Below, in pieces: positions 37,801 to 52,800 of a stretch of DNA of 64,000 nt; the stretch's first letter is position 1, and every line of letters begins with the position of its first letter. The notes below the pieces were generated by a model. It had not been told where the DNA came from. It saw only the letters and a list, made by a program, of their open reading frames with translations, and ran no database searches. A program made the translations under genes and the position numbers. The DNA is from Orbicella franksi (Eukaryota). The stretch spans positions 12,090,001-12,154,000 of the forward strand of contig OZ116708.1 of NCBI GenBank assembly GCA_964199315.1, read 5' to 3'.

Positions 37801-40800
37801 TGATGATCTCAATGATCACCTGGGCGAACGAGTCGAATTTGGAATCTGTGGCAGAAACGGTTAAACTAAATGAAGGCGTCTTCTCAAAGTCTATTGAGTT
37901 CGTTGCGTTAATGTCACCGGTTTGTGAGTCTATAACGAAGTATGACATAGAGTTCCCTGCTGTGATACTGTAACTGATGACTGCATTGAGGCCAGCGTCT
38001 TTATCACTTGCTTTCACTTGAACAACGTTGGAAACGGCAGGGATGTTCTCCTTGACTGAACCTGAAAACAGAAGCATGCGTACATGTAATTAGCATTTTA
38101 CAATGTGACTCATATAGCAGTTTAGAAAATTTCTAAGTAATAACATTTTAGTAAAGAGATCAGACATAAAATTCAGTGACAATAAAGTTTTTCGCCCCAC
38201 AAAATTTGTTACAAATAAAAGAAACATTACATTCACGAGCGTCAGAGCAAATTTTCAACCATTTTCTCTGATTAGACTCAGTTCAAAAATTCGACAGCAA
38301 GTTTTCGTTTCTAAGAAAACTCCTCACATATACTTTAATGTATTCTGTAAAACCAGCCACATTGTCAAGTGGCAGCATGTTGTCACGTGGTAGTTAAGAA
38401 ACTTAACAATTTAAATACGTTTGAAACGAGCTTACGTTTGACTTTGGAAGATAAGGAAATCGCGAACTATATTTGAAGAACATCAAACGCATACAAACCT
38501 CGGAATTCTTGAGCATCAAATTCAGGTGGATTATCATTTTGGTCTTCAACAGTAATAAAGAAGTCCTTTTCGGTTTTCATTGCTGGTTTCCCTTGGTCGG
38601 ATGCCATTAACGTCAGTGTATAACTGGCCATTTTCTCTCGATCGATTTTCCCCTTGACCGTTATCTTGCCAGAAATTGGGTTTACCTGGAACACATCATC
38701 TTTATTGCCTTTCACTATTGAGTAGCGTACTTGACCATTACTACCACCATCAGAATCTGTTGCAGAAATTGAGCCCACATTGGTACCTAAAGCGGAATTT
38801 TCCACAATGGTAAAGTTTGCCACATTGACAAATATGGGGCTGTTGTCGTTTTCGTCCAGGACTGTGAAATTGACACGGACAAAGTCGCTTTTTGGTTTCG
38901 GAGCATTGTCTGACGCGCTGATGAGCAAACTGTAGAAAGCGACAGCTTCTCGGTCAAGATTTTGCTTGACACATAGAAATCCGGTGGAGTTATCTATCGC
39001 AAATGCGTCGTTTGTGTTCCCGGATACAATCGAGAAGGTGACAAGTCCGTTAGTACCATCGTCCGGATCTGTGGCCGTCACACGAAGAATGTTTGTGTTG
39101 ATGGCGGTGTTTTCAAGAACGGACGCCTGGTAGAAAGGGAGCGAGAATTTTGGCGCGTTGTCATTTTCATCAAGAACCTTTACAGATACTAACACTGTGG
39201 ATGACAGCGAGGGTGTTCCATGGTCTCTCGCGGTAATCACCAGTTTATAAGACACGGCTTCTTCGCGGTCTAGCTTCTCAGACGAAGTTATAACTCCGGT
39301 TTTGGAGTCAATTGTAAACTTCTTGCTATCGCCTGATGTTATCTTGTAGCTGACAAGCGAGTTCACGCCTTTGTCTTTATCCGTTGCAGTAACGTTAGCA
39401 ATCAGCTGCCCTGTTAAAATACAATAAAACACCCAAAATATTTATTAAGCTAATAAATAGTCTATATTTCATTGACACAGTTGCAGACTCCATGCAGCAT
39501 TAAAATCATGACGTATGTATGTCCAATAATCGTTTCATAACTTTTGGAGGATTTTGTAAGATGTTAATGAAGAACCAATAAAAGAACAGAACATTAGCAG
39601 ATTTGAAATAACTAAGGGGAAGTCGACTCTTTTGTTAAAACACTCTTAGTCCGATGGTCAAAATAAATTTCCTCCTAATGGCCTCGATACATTTTTACAG
39701 CTAATATTTAAAATAATTCGACTGTCAAGACTGTCAAGAGCATTTCCCAAAAGCGATCACTTGGCGAATTCTCACAACCCAAGTGATAGAGTATGTATCG
39801 ATATTACAGGGAGAAATTTGATTTTGGTCATCCTCGAGACTAAAGACATTATGTCACGGGGTCATTCCAATCTCCCTCGATCTTAGACAGTCCTTGTTAC
39901 TTTTGTTTTATAAATACCCCTTTCGTTTTTTTTTTGGAGGGTTCTTTCGATTTGACGCATTGACACAGCTCCTTTGAATTGACATCCCCCCCCCCCACCC
40001 CTCCAACCTCCTAAAATCAGTTTGTTTATTTGTTATGATGGGTAAACAGTTTCCACTGATGTTAGTGAGAGCTGCTAAGTAGGACCTCTAAGGTTACCAT
40101 GATCGCTGTTCGGATAAAATGGTACAAACAAATGTCATACCTGATGGAAGGTTTTCCATGATATTCTTGGAATAACTCGCTTGTGTGAATTCCGGTGCAT
40201 TATCATTCACGTCAATAACCTGGATAGTTGCATTGTGGGTAACGGATTTAAAGCCCGTATCGGCAGCTTCCACAGCCAAAATGTACTTTTCAGTTGTTTC
40301 ACGATCAAGCTTTGCCGCAACCGTTATGAGTCCACTTTTATTATGAATTTCAAAAGCCCCACCCTTATTTCCACGCAATATATCAAACTTCAGCTCATTT
40401 CCATCGGCGTCTGTCGCGTTTAGGCGTACAACGCGTGTACCCACGGCAACGTCTTCGCGGATCTTCGACACTTGTGAGGAGGTCTGGAAAACAGGAACAT
40501 TGTCGTCAACGTTTAAGACAGTGATGTTGACTTGCGCAGATGCCGAGTTCGCTGGAGATCCACCATCCTTTGCAGTAACAGTGAGGATATAGGTACTGGT
40601 CTTTTCGTAGTCCAAGGGTGTGGCGGTGTGAATGAATCCGCGTGAATCGATAGTGAAATTATCTCTGCCCTTTCCTTGGAGATCAAATTGCAACTGACCA
40701 TTAGTTCCTTCATCGTCATCCTTTGCCTCCACCTACAAAAGAAATGATATCTCTCTTAGCTTTTTCAGTCGTCAAATAGTTCACACTCAATACAACTTAT

Positions 40801-43800
40801 ATAGTCACAAAAGTTGTCATTTTATCGTCACTTTTTATAGCATTACAAACAGTACTACATGAGAACAATGCTCAATACCTTTCCTTTGAATGATCACAAC
40901 CAGGGTTTCAGCCAAAGACTTTGAAAAAAGTTAGAACCACCTTGAACAGTACAGTGCAACAGTACCACATGAAAGTACTACTCAGTAGTCTTCAGTTGAA
41001 TGGTCACACACTAGGGTTTCATCCACAGACTTAAGAGTTTCAACCACATTTGGATTAATTGGTCTCTTTTGATATTTCATAGTTATGTAGTTCTCATTCT
41101 TTATAGTGATCTTTAATAACAACTGCTTACCTTAAGGACCGTAGAACCAGACGAGGCATCCTCACTTATGCTGCCATAAAACATCTGCTGACTGAACACG
41201 GGCGCGTTATCATTGACGTCATCAATTATCACCTTGACAACCACGCTGGCCGACAACGAGGGCGTCCCAGAGTCCTTTGCTACCACTGTAAGAGAAAACT
41301 CTGCCTGGACTTCGCGGTCTAGTGCAGATTTAACTGTAATCACACCGGACGAAGGATTGATCTTAAAACTGGAAAGAGGAAAATAATAACAAAGTTAATA
41401 CAGAAATGGAGACGTTTGGCTGAACATGCTTCTCCTTTTTGCTTCTCCTTGACATTTTATTTCCACGCAGTTAATTTACGGTCTTAAAACTGATGAAGTT
41501 AGCTGCAATAAAGCTTTGTTTATGACATCTTAGCATGCTCAGCCTGACAGTCATGTAGTTTGTATGAAAACATGAAATAAAGGGTCATCGAAAACATGTC
41601 TTCTAGCAGCGTCCATGCTCAGTGCAAAATTGGAGTGTTCATATGTAGCTTGTTGCGTACTCTCAGGGCAAAATGAACTGGTGAGCAGACACAAAAATAA
41701 CAAACAAAACAGAACAAAGTAAAACCTGTAAAATATTCAAGAAAGCGAAAATGGAAAGACGGGCGTTTTTTCAGTCTAGTTGTCTCCTCCTTTATCGTTT
41801 TCCCTTATCAATGGGGTTTTTATTTTATTTTGCACGTTTTTCAACGGTTTGTGTGCCTGCGATTTAATTATGTAAACCTCCAACGCTTGAAATACTTCGT
41901 TGATGAATCTTGGGATTGAGTCCAACTCTAAAACTACGGTTTATGCTTAACGAAGTCAAGATTAAGAGAGTGAGATAAAAGGCGAAGGGGAAATTCCACG
42001 AGGTTGAAAATCACTGCTTCAGTCTCACCTGTCACGGGAATTTCCCGCGGAAATGCGATAAGTTACCATTCCGTTAAGCCCGGCATCTTTATCTGTCGCT
42101 GTCACTGAACCAACTACATGTAACTTCGCTGCGTTTTCTAGAACGTGAAATGTGTACATGGACTGGTTAAATATCGGTACGTTATCATTTTCGTCCAGAA
42201 TATAGACTACCACGGACGTTGTAGCACTAAATGAAGACTTGTCAGCTCTCGACAGCCCGTCCTGTGCCTTAACTGTCAAGTTGTACACAGAAATGGTCTC
42301 TCTGTCCAATGTACGGTCGGTGGTTATTTCTCCCGTGCCCTAAGGAAAGACAGTTTTGAACTATTCATGGATTGGAAAGAAATAACAAAGAAGAAATAAC
42401 GAACAAGCATACAGAATAATTTAGAATGAAAAAACGACGGAAAACGAACAGTGAACAAACGAGTAACGAACAAAAGAACAACGACCGACGATCACTGACG
42501 AACGAGCTGGAATAAATAACAAAGAAGTGAACAAAGGAAAACGTACAAAGAAAAACGAACTAAGGAACGACGAACGAGGATCGAGCGATGAGTGACAAAT
42601 TACGAACGACGACCAACCACCAACGAACAAACGAACGATGAAAAAACGAGCAAACAGTAACAAAGAACAATCAACAGGGACGAATAGTCATAAATCACAA
42701 ATGATGTTTATGGCGTGAAAAGAATAATATCGAAAATTAAATTTGATAGCGGGTTTTATAAATGCCATATATAAATAAATAATTTAAATATTGAATATTT
42801 CGGTATTAAATCATAGTGTTTCGACGACAAATCACGTGATTTCTAGGGTAAATGAGGAAACCCTTTTCAGAATTTACGTTGAAATCTCTTATAATTTCTA
42901 TTCAACTCACCGTATTTATCCCGAAAGCTTTGCCAGTATCGCCTGTTACGATAGAGTAAAACAGCTGACCATTCGCACCAGAGTCTGCATCACTAGCGGT
43001 GACGTAACACACAGCAACACCGCTGGCCAAGTTTTCAGCAACAGTGCAGTTATACAGTGACTTTGGAAACAACGGCGCGTTGTCATTAACGTCATTGACT
43101 GTCACCATGACATCAACCGATGACGTCAAAGGAGGGCTTCCATGATCACTTGCGGTCACAACAAGAGCGTAAGAAGTCTTCGTCTCGTGATCAAGGGTCT
43201 GATTAAGAGTTATTTCACCGGTGTTATCATTCAGGTTAAACTTGCCTTCTTCATTACCGGTCTTGATTATGTAAGTTATCTCCTTATTTTTACCCATGTC
43301 GTTATCTGTAGCGAACACTTTTTCCACAGACGTGCCTGGAGCTGCGTCCTCGTCAATGGACGCGCTGTAGCTCGGCTTGTCAAAGAGAGGTTTGTTGTCG
43401 TTGACATCTGTAATCGTTATTTTAACATCCACGACAGAATCTTTCGACGGATTTCCACCATCACGAGCTTCCACATGGAGAGTATAAAGATCCCTGCTTT
43501 CCCTATCGAGTTTTGATAGGACACTGATGACGCCTGAGAGGAAATGAAGTAAGAAAAAAAATCAAACAAAGAACAGCGATCAATTTATGATCTCTGCTAT
43601 TTGGGGAGTTAAGTTGAAGCCTAGAATTACCGAGCTTGCAAATAATTTTAACGAAATCTTGCAATCGACAGCATGTATCCACTAAGCTTTTATATGGTTT
43701 TGTCCACGGTTAGTCTGTCCATAAAACCTCTATTGTGTCTTGAGTTCGTCGAGATCGCAAGCTTAGCGAAATATTAACCCGGCGCGTGGGATACAAGGGG

Positions 43801-46800
43801 GTGGGATTGGGTAAAGATGGCAAAAAAAGTAAACGCCTGTGGACAGACTGGTCTAAAGTTAAATTCACCACTATTAATCTAGGTAATCGAATGAATGGGA
43901 GTGCAATTAAGAATTTATACCACGAGTGATATTTGAAAATTCTCTCAAAATTGCACGAGCCCTCGTGATATTTGAAAATACTGTACGTGGTTCTTCTGTC
44001 ACTGAATACTTCATTTAAACCTGACTGAGAGTTCTCTATTGTGTTTATTGCATCTGAGGTAGCACTGACCTGTATTTCCGTCAATGGAGAATGCTTTGCC
44101 GACATTACCACCTGTAATGGAGTACACCACTCTGCCTCTGGGTCCCGAGTCCATATCTGTCGCATACACTTCCCCAACCCTCCCCCGCAAAACAACTCCT
44201 TCGCTGACAGTAAAGCTGTAACTGGACTGATTGAACGCGGGCTCATGGTCATTCACGTCTTCAATCGTAACCTTCACTGTCGCTAAAGCTGACTTTGCGG
44301 GTTTTCCATTGTCCGATGCATTCACAATCAAGTCGTATTGTGCCTTGGTCTCAAAGTCAGGCGAAGTTTTGATCAGCAGGTTGCCTAGAAAAAACAACCA
44401 TACTTACTTAATTTTATTCACATCCAGCGCGCGCGCGAGGAGAGGGGTTGCGGGGGAGGGGGGGTGGGGGGCAGGGGAGGAGGAGGAGGAGGAGTAAGCT
44501 CGTGCATCATGAGATGCTGGTGAAAGAGTTTTCACTCACGTGGCCAGCACACAGGCACATTTATTGGAACATAAAGAAAGTGTTTGTACAAGAAAATAGT
44601 TCAATTCCCTCAGGATTGGTTTGGTACACCAACATGGCCACGGTTTCATTGTTTTGGAACACCAATATGGCTGCCGTGACGTCATGTGAAAACGGGTTAT
44701 GAACGCGCGAGTAAAGAGAATTTTTATCACAGAAATAAACGAGGTCTTTTTCTCGGAGTGTTTTCTAACCGAAATGAACGCTACATTGGCTCGTAGGGGA
44801 ACAAATTTGCGAGACAAACCACTCCTTAAGAACAAACAGAAAAACAGGACTTAATATTGCCATGTGATTACCTTTTCCATCGATTTCAAAAGCATCTCCA
44901 GTGTCGCCTTTGTCGATATTATACGAAATTTCTCCGTTTGATCCAGAATCTAAATCTGTAGCTGTTACCTGAAACAGAATGTTTGCTCGTTTAGCTAAAG
45001 CATAGTCAAAGAGTAAAATGGTTAGGAAGGTCGGTAAACATCAAAGAAGCAAAGAAACAGGCTAAGATTTATGTTGAAGGTCCCTGACCCTGCACATCTT
45101 TTGTTTTATGCACGCTCATTGACTATGCACAAATTACATAATCGCAATGCTTCTATTGGCTAGTTGTATGAGAACAGATAGCCACCTTTTGTATTTTACC
45201 AGGTTTTGTGCAGGGTCAGTTCCCAAAAAAGCAAACAAAAACATACAACAAAGAATTTTGCCATGTTTCCTCACTATTTCGCTCTATTAACTATGGTTAA
45301 AGTTATTTCAACCTGACAAAAACATTTACATTCTTAATTTACGTATTTCCTTTTCACCCGGCAATCCACCAAAAACGACATTATCAAATAATTTGACACG
45401 AAAACCACTGCCTAATAACTACGAAGTAAAGAGTGCGTTTTACTTGAAGTTGAAGATAACCATTGGAACTTTGAGTTTTAAAAGATACAGTAAAACCTCC
45501 ACAAACGGCCACCTCTCTTAGGTGGCCGTTGTAGAGAGGATCGATTGCATCGTAAATTTTAAATCTAGAGGCAGTTGGAGCTTGGATCCAGTATACCTTA
45601 AAGAAAGATTTTCCTTTTGCTGTATTTTCTTGCACTGTCGCTCGATATGATGACATGCTAAACACTGGCGTATTGTCGTTCTCGTCTTGGACTTGGATTT
45701 GGAGCTGAGCGGAGGAAGACAGGGGCGGGTTTCCTCTGTCTGTTACCCGGATGTTGAGTGTATAGCTAGTCCTGTAGGGAAAACAATGAGTATTACATGG
45801 CGGGAGTTTTTAGCTGAAGCAATGCACCGACGTTATTGAATGCTTCACATAAAACAGTAGAGACTAAATTAAACTAATTCACACAGCGCAGGTGAGGTGC
45901 ATTTTGTGTGAATCTAATGCCCACTTATTCTAAATTATCTTACATGGGCTCGCAAATATTTTTTTGTCCAGAATCGGTCATTCTTCTATGCGTCTGTTGC
46001 AACTTTCGTTCCTTGTGAGTACTCCTAGAACAATTTGTATTCGTTGTGTTCTAACATGGTCTTCAACATTTTGTGTCTTCTTGACCCTTAACGGTCAGTC
46101 GGCGACTTGGTAAGAGAGTTTCATTAATTATTGTAATTTCATTTATATACCATTTTTTCATGACGAAAGGTATTGAAACTTTCCTGTACGCTGCTCCCAT
46201 TACCTCGGTGCATATAGGTTCATAACGACCCTCAGGGCTTCAGACCAGGCATCACTCGCCTATATATCTATGTGCATAAATACTCTTTGATTTGCCTCTT
46301 ACGCTATTTAAGTTAACCAGTCGTATAATTGATACCTTATTTTTACCCCCACCCTGCCCCCTCCCTTTCGGCGACGTGCCCCTCTTTCTGCCCATCTCTA
46401 TCTTGCGATTTCCTTAGACTAAATCTAGACACCCATACGAAGCTTTGTCTTAGATATCCGTGGCTATATTCGACCTGAAAATGGTATCTGATCCTTACCT
46501 TGTTTCGTAATCCAGTTTGCGGGCGAGCGTTAAAGCGCCTGTTTTTGCCTCAAGATTGAACGAGTTCTGTCCATTCCCTGTGTCTATGTAATATCGCAGA
46601 GCAGCATTTACACCTGCAAGACACAAAATTACTCTCTGTGTGTAAGAAAGACCAAAGAAAAAAACTAAGACAAAGGGAAAAAGTTAAAACTGGAAAAATA
46701 GGCGGATTATTTGAGAGGTAGGGAACGGTGTATGCTTTTACAAGAATTGATGTAATCACGTGGGAAGTCTGATGAAATCACGTGAGAACCCTGATATAAT

Positions 46801-49800
46801 CACGTGAGAGCCCTGAGGTAATTACGTAAGAGCCCCAATGGAATCACTTGAGAAAAAGACTGGAAGAAAGCTGGAACATCGACCACAGAGTTCTATAACA
46901 TTCCAGTGTCCAAAATTCCCACAAGCGTTGCCATCAATTTAGGAAAGCATAAAAAAGCAGCTGTTTTAGTTAGTTGTGAGCACTAGCGGCCAAACATAGA
47001 AAAAGTTCTGCATTATTGTAAAGGCGTTGATTTCTTTGACTGCAACACCCTCCCACCCCCCGCCTCGGTCTTGACAAAATGGCTTCATATGCACCCGTTT
47101 TTGGACTCGTCGAGGGCTTTCCCTCCACAAACTAACGGGAAACGTGAGATCGCTCGACGATATGAAAACTGGTGGGGAGGACGCTTATGGAGACTAAAAC
47201 AAACTCTTCGAGTAAGAAACTTTTCAAAACACCTCAGCGCCACTTTGAACTTTAAGTACTGTTTACTAACCTTGATCCTTATCTGACGCAGAGACAGTGA
47301 ATAAAGTATCCCCAATATTCTTCCCTTCAGTCACTTGTTCTGTCGCCGGTAAGTTGTTGATTTTAGGGCTGTTATCGTTAATATCTAAGATTGTAATATC
47401 CACCGTGGTCGTGTCGTGAAGCGGGCTTTGCCCATGATCAGTGACGCGCACAGTTAGGCTGTACGATGCTTTGGTTTCTCTGTCAAACGTCTTTTTACTC
47501 GAGATAGTTCCAGTCTTTTGATCGATTGAAAATGCGGCCACGTCGCCAGATTCTAAACTGTAGGACAGCTCGGAGTTCGTTCCTGTGTCGGCATCTGAAA
47601 GAAACAGTCGATATTACAAAAAAATTGTTTGAGGCATTGTGGCCGTTCTTGAGTAAAGCATTGCTTCAAACCCCCAAAACTACTGCGGAACAAAGCGTTC
47701 TGGCCCATTTAGGCCGGGGATTATCTGCGGTTTCCGTAGCATGAAGCAACTACGAGTATTTTTACTTCCTCTTGAGGTTACACCGTAGGGTTACAGTCCC
47801 CTTCCCTCCCCCGGACTGATTTATTTCACCTGTATCCTTTATACACCTTATAAGCGTATAGTGTCTTGCCAAAGAACACAACACAATGGCCCCTGCCAGG
47901 CTCGAAAAAGGACCGCTGGACACGATGATCAGCGCGGAAACCTTACATAACAGCAACCAAAAAACAAACAAACAAACAAACAACAAACAAACACATAAAT
48001 AAATAGATGGATTAAAAATAAAACAAGAGACACACCAGAGGCAGAAACTTGCAGGACGGTACTTGCCACAGCAATGTTTTCGTGCGCAGAAGCCTTGTAT
48101 GACTTGAAAGCGAATGTTGGGCTCTCGTCATTAACATCAAGGACCTCGACTTGTATTCGTGTCGATACCTTTAGCGCTGGCTTTCCGCAGTCCTGAACCG
48201 TGATAACTGCAGTGTAGTGCGATTTAAATTCGCGGTCCAATTTTGAAAGAACTGAGATTTGTCCACTGTTACTAATTGCGAAAACTTTTGTGTTCTGCGA
48301 CTGTTCTGTGGTGATCTTGTAAGTTAAAGAGCTACAGCTCGTGTCGGGATCTTGGGCTTGTATCACGCCCAGCTGGGCGTTACGGTTGTTATTTTCCGCC
48401 ACCGTGTATTTACAAGTGTTGTTACGTGCGCAGGCTTCCATAAAATACGGAGGCTCGTTTACATCTTGCACAATGACTGCAAGTGTGGCAGTGTCGCTCT
48501 TAGGAGGCTGTCCGCCATCTTGAACCTTAATTTCCAGAGTGTATTTACTTTTGGCTTCAAAGTTTAACATTTGAGTAGTTCTGACTTCCCCTTTGCTGTC
48601 AATGGTGAATCTGTTACCGTCATTTCCTGACGTAATGCTGTAAGTAAGCTGAGCGTTGGTACCAGTATCTTTGTCAGTGGCAGTAACCGTGGCAACAAAG
48701 GTACCGCTGGGTTTTTCCTCTAGTACAGTGGCTGAATACTGGGCGAGGTCGAAGGCGGGCGCATGGTCGTTAATATCGCCTACGTTAACAAGAACAACAG
48801 CGCGACCTTTGTGGCAGCGGTTTTGTGTGTTCTGCCCAAGAACTGTTAAGCGGTACGATTCCCGTGTCTCGCGGTCTAAAGTCTTTGTTGTTCTGATTGT
48901 TCCAGTGTCTGGGTCAATTGTAAAACATCCCGGGTTCCCCTCAACTATGCTGTACTTGAGCCTTATTAGAAAAAGAAAGAAATTTGAATATATTAGTTCG
49001 TATTATTTATGGTTAATAAATAAAGAATGTAAAACAAGGTACAATACTATCATGTATAAGTAGAATTCTACTCGTATACTAATGCAAGGCTACAATCTAA
49101 TTGGCTGAAAGAGCGTACACTATCAGCTCTCAGTAGAATTCTACTAGTATACTAATGCAAATGCCGTTATCTGATTGGCTGAGCCATTGAACACTATTTA
49201 GCAATTAGTGTGCAGTGGCTTGGTGTGGCCGAAAAAATTGCAACGTTTCTTTGTTTGTCTAAAGTTTTGAAAGAACATTAAGAAACAAAGGAATAAACAA
49301 AATTCCTGAGAAAAATTAAAAGGACGGCATCTACGGTTTTTTGCATTAAAAAAGATCGAAATTTTAGGTCATCTAAGAAACATTTTCTCAGTTTTGCAGC
49401 GTTTCGGCGGATCATTTAAAAACAAATGGGTAATACAATTTTCTGAGAAGAATAAAAGAAAGACCTTCACAATTTTTTGACTTTTAAAACCCGAGGAATG
49501 ATTGTAAGAAATGATACGCGCGCACAAATTTCAAATGGCAATTCAATCCACATAATTTTTTTTTTCTAAGAGCGTGAAATTTAATACTTGAGCTCATAAT
49601 CTGATAATTTGTTAATTATACTTTATAGACCCGCTGTAGTAAGGAGTATTTCCTTCAATGTTGAGCTTGTAAAAAAGGACAACTAAAAAGCGTGGTTGTC
49701 CTTTTGTCATAACATTTTTTACAATAACTGTCTAATTTCTCGAGCGCTGATTGGCTCATTTTTATCATCGATAAGAGTACAGACGGATAAAAATCTGACG

Positions 49801-52800
49801 TCAATTTGTTAATTTGAGCAAGCGTACTTGTAAGCGTATGGTGTGAGGTTCGTATCTAGCACCGTGACAGGCGCAGACTGTTCTTCTGTGACACTGGTCA
49901 CGTAAGTGTCTTTGGTAAAGAGAGCATCCCACATGGACAGCTTGAATTTATTGCTTTGTTGTTGGCCTTGGACAGCGACATAGACGATCTGTGAACAAAC
50001 AAATATGGATTTCTAAACAAACATATTAATTCAAGTTGAGCTATTTTTGTTGTTAGCAAATCAGGTTGCAGATATGAAGTAGACCAAAACGCAGCAGCAC
50101 AAAACATGACAACTTTATATGCTTGCTTTAAAGTCTTGGGCATGACACTTTACTCTCACAGTGCCTCTCTCTACTCAGGTGCATAAATGAGTACCGGCTA
50201 ATTTAATGCTGGTTGGTAACCCTGCGATGGACTAGCATCTCATCCAAGGAGGAGTAAAAATACTCCTAGTCGCTTCATACTGCAGAAACCGAGATAAGCT
50301 CCGGCCTAATGGGCCACTTGCCTCGTGTGCAGACAGTCGCTTACCCCTCTTATTTTTACCTTTTATAATCATGGAGGTCTGGTTTCGAGATTGCACGGTT
50401 AACGAGTTACAGGTAATAAGTCGAGTTGACTTATTCGAGCTTCAGCAAAATTCAGTGACAGTACCTCTTTCATTGGGTGACTTACCTTGTTCGATGTAGA
50501 TAGAGACAGAGAAATGGCACGAGGAGAGACATTGCTTTCATTCTTGGACGAGGCAGGGTCCATGGGGCCTGGGTTAGTGCTGGTTAACGATGCGTAGAGA
50601 TGAGAGACTCCTACAAAAAAAAGGAAGAAAAATTGCGACCAAGTTCAACACTTCTGAAATTGGAAAACAGAGTTTGCTGTTAAATTTGTTTCATTACATC
50701 GCTTTTTTTGTCCACCATTGAGGCGTGAGCTTGATACACTTGTGATAAGTAACTCACCTTCGATGTCCCTGACTTCAACAGATATTCTGTTTTTCGCCAC
50801 GGTAGTGAACTGAGTTCTGAAATATTTAAACGTGTCGCTCTCAACAGTCGTGATTGTATCGTCACAGGACGAGATCGAGGCACCCTCTAAGAAGGATAGG
50901 ACAAGGCTAAAGTTAGTATTTTTGATATTCATAAGCATAATTAAAACTAAATAGATGTAAATGGGATTAAGTATTGAGGCAACGAAACTAAAGAAAACAC
51001 GACAGGATCGCCTATAATCAGATATCTATACTAGACTAAATTTTCGTTTTTGACGTTGTTCCCCTAGGTCATTCAGAAAAATAACATTGAAATCCACGGA
51101 AGCCTGAGAAACCTAGTTAATTAATGTAGGATAAGGTAGAAAAATAGCAAAGAGGTACATATAATAAGGAAAAAGACGACGGAAGATTAAAAAGGGTTGT
51201 GTCCAACGTCCAAATTGTATCACAAGAGACCTTAAGGTCATTCCGCTGAAATTGAACCTGCACTGAGATTTTTGTGAAACTTTGCCTGTCGATTAGTTAT
51301 ATTATAGGAACTTATATTTTGAAATAAAAATGAAGGGTCCTCATGTTCGTTTAGGAGCAAAAGTACCTTGTTTATACCCATATAAATCCTTATAATAGCA
51401 CCATGATTGCAGTTACGATTGCTTGCTAAATTCACGTTTCCGACGATTGCTTTTTGTTCTACACTGAGAATTGGTCCATATTTATTTTACACAGAGAAAT
51501 TTATCACTCAATTCAAAACAACAGAAAAAAAATGATAGGTCACCATATTCGTTTGCGAGAAAATGACGATTTACCACTATGGCGAGGTCCAGCTGTAAAG
51601 AAAAAGCCGCCATTTTTTAATGCGCGCGCGCTAATCACGCGTGAAATGATACGCAGTAGGGATGCGCAATGCAATACTGGGGAATGACCTTAAAGGAGCT
51701 AAGTCACGGTTTGCGCATATTAAAAAGTTTAGTCTCAATTTCTCAAGTTTGTCGTTCGTAATCCGTGTCAATCTTCTCCATCCTTAGCCATCCTTGTTCC
51801 TTCATGGTTTATCATTATCTCTTTGGTGTTTTTCTCTCTTGTTAAACTGTTATTTTTAGGTTTCCTACCATTTAAAGGTAATTAATTTTGTATGTGGCCA
51901 AAATAACTCAAATTACAGTAACTGAGCTCCTTTAAGCAAACCACGACGGCAAAGACAACGAGAACGCCACCAAACAAAAGGTTTAATGAGAAAAACAATG
52001 GCTAAGCACGTGCGTTATAAATCTTTCTACATTTCTTTGCCGTTCTCTGCACAACAACAACGTGAAAAAATTAGGTTCTTCGTATTTTGAAGAACGCGAA
52101 TGACAGCGGCTAATTTTTCGTATTTTTATTTGGAATCGAACGCTGGCGTTACATATTTAGCTTGAGCAAGTTCTGAGACTAATAGGCGCACGGAAAAGAT
52201 CTAGAGATTTGTGAAATTCGAAAATAAAATATATTAATTCATTTTCTACCAGGCGTTGTCCTCGGGATCGCCGTCGTCATTGCTTAAGCTCTCTACTTAC
52301 CATCGCAGGACACAGCACTGAGCTTGTCCACCCAGCCAGCCAAGTCATTAAAACTGTTCATTCGAAACACGTGTGTGCTATCAGGATCCGAGGCAATGAC
52401 GTTCAGTTCCGCAGGGTTGACGTAATTACCCACACCAATGGAAAAGATATTCACGCCGAGCTTACGCAGCTGATTGGCAGGGCCGGCCACGGCGCGCCCA
52501 TTAGAGTAGCCGTCAGTGAGCAAGACGGTCACCTTGGGAATTCCTTGGTCTGGACGCATGCCCTGCGTGAAAAAAAAAAAAAGCTGTCAGTGATAGACAA
52601 ATTTACGTTAATTATAGCCTGCGAGCAGAGTACATGTGAGAGCGCTGCCTCTTCACCAGAATCCCCGTCGCCAGATTGCTTCGCTCGCGAGGACTCGCTG
52701 TTCGCTGCTTGCGCTGACTGATTTCTTTCTCAACAATGTTTGCCTTGATTTTACATTTACAAAACCTTTGCTTTAATTAGACGTCTTTCATAGCTTGTTT

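Noticed and set aside
36580-37973. Alternative-frame and antisense ORFs over the cadherin exons (also 40181-40719, 43142-43516, 44041-44497, 48341-49063)
   Set aside because: Shadow ORFs of GC-richer coding exons, with no domain signal.
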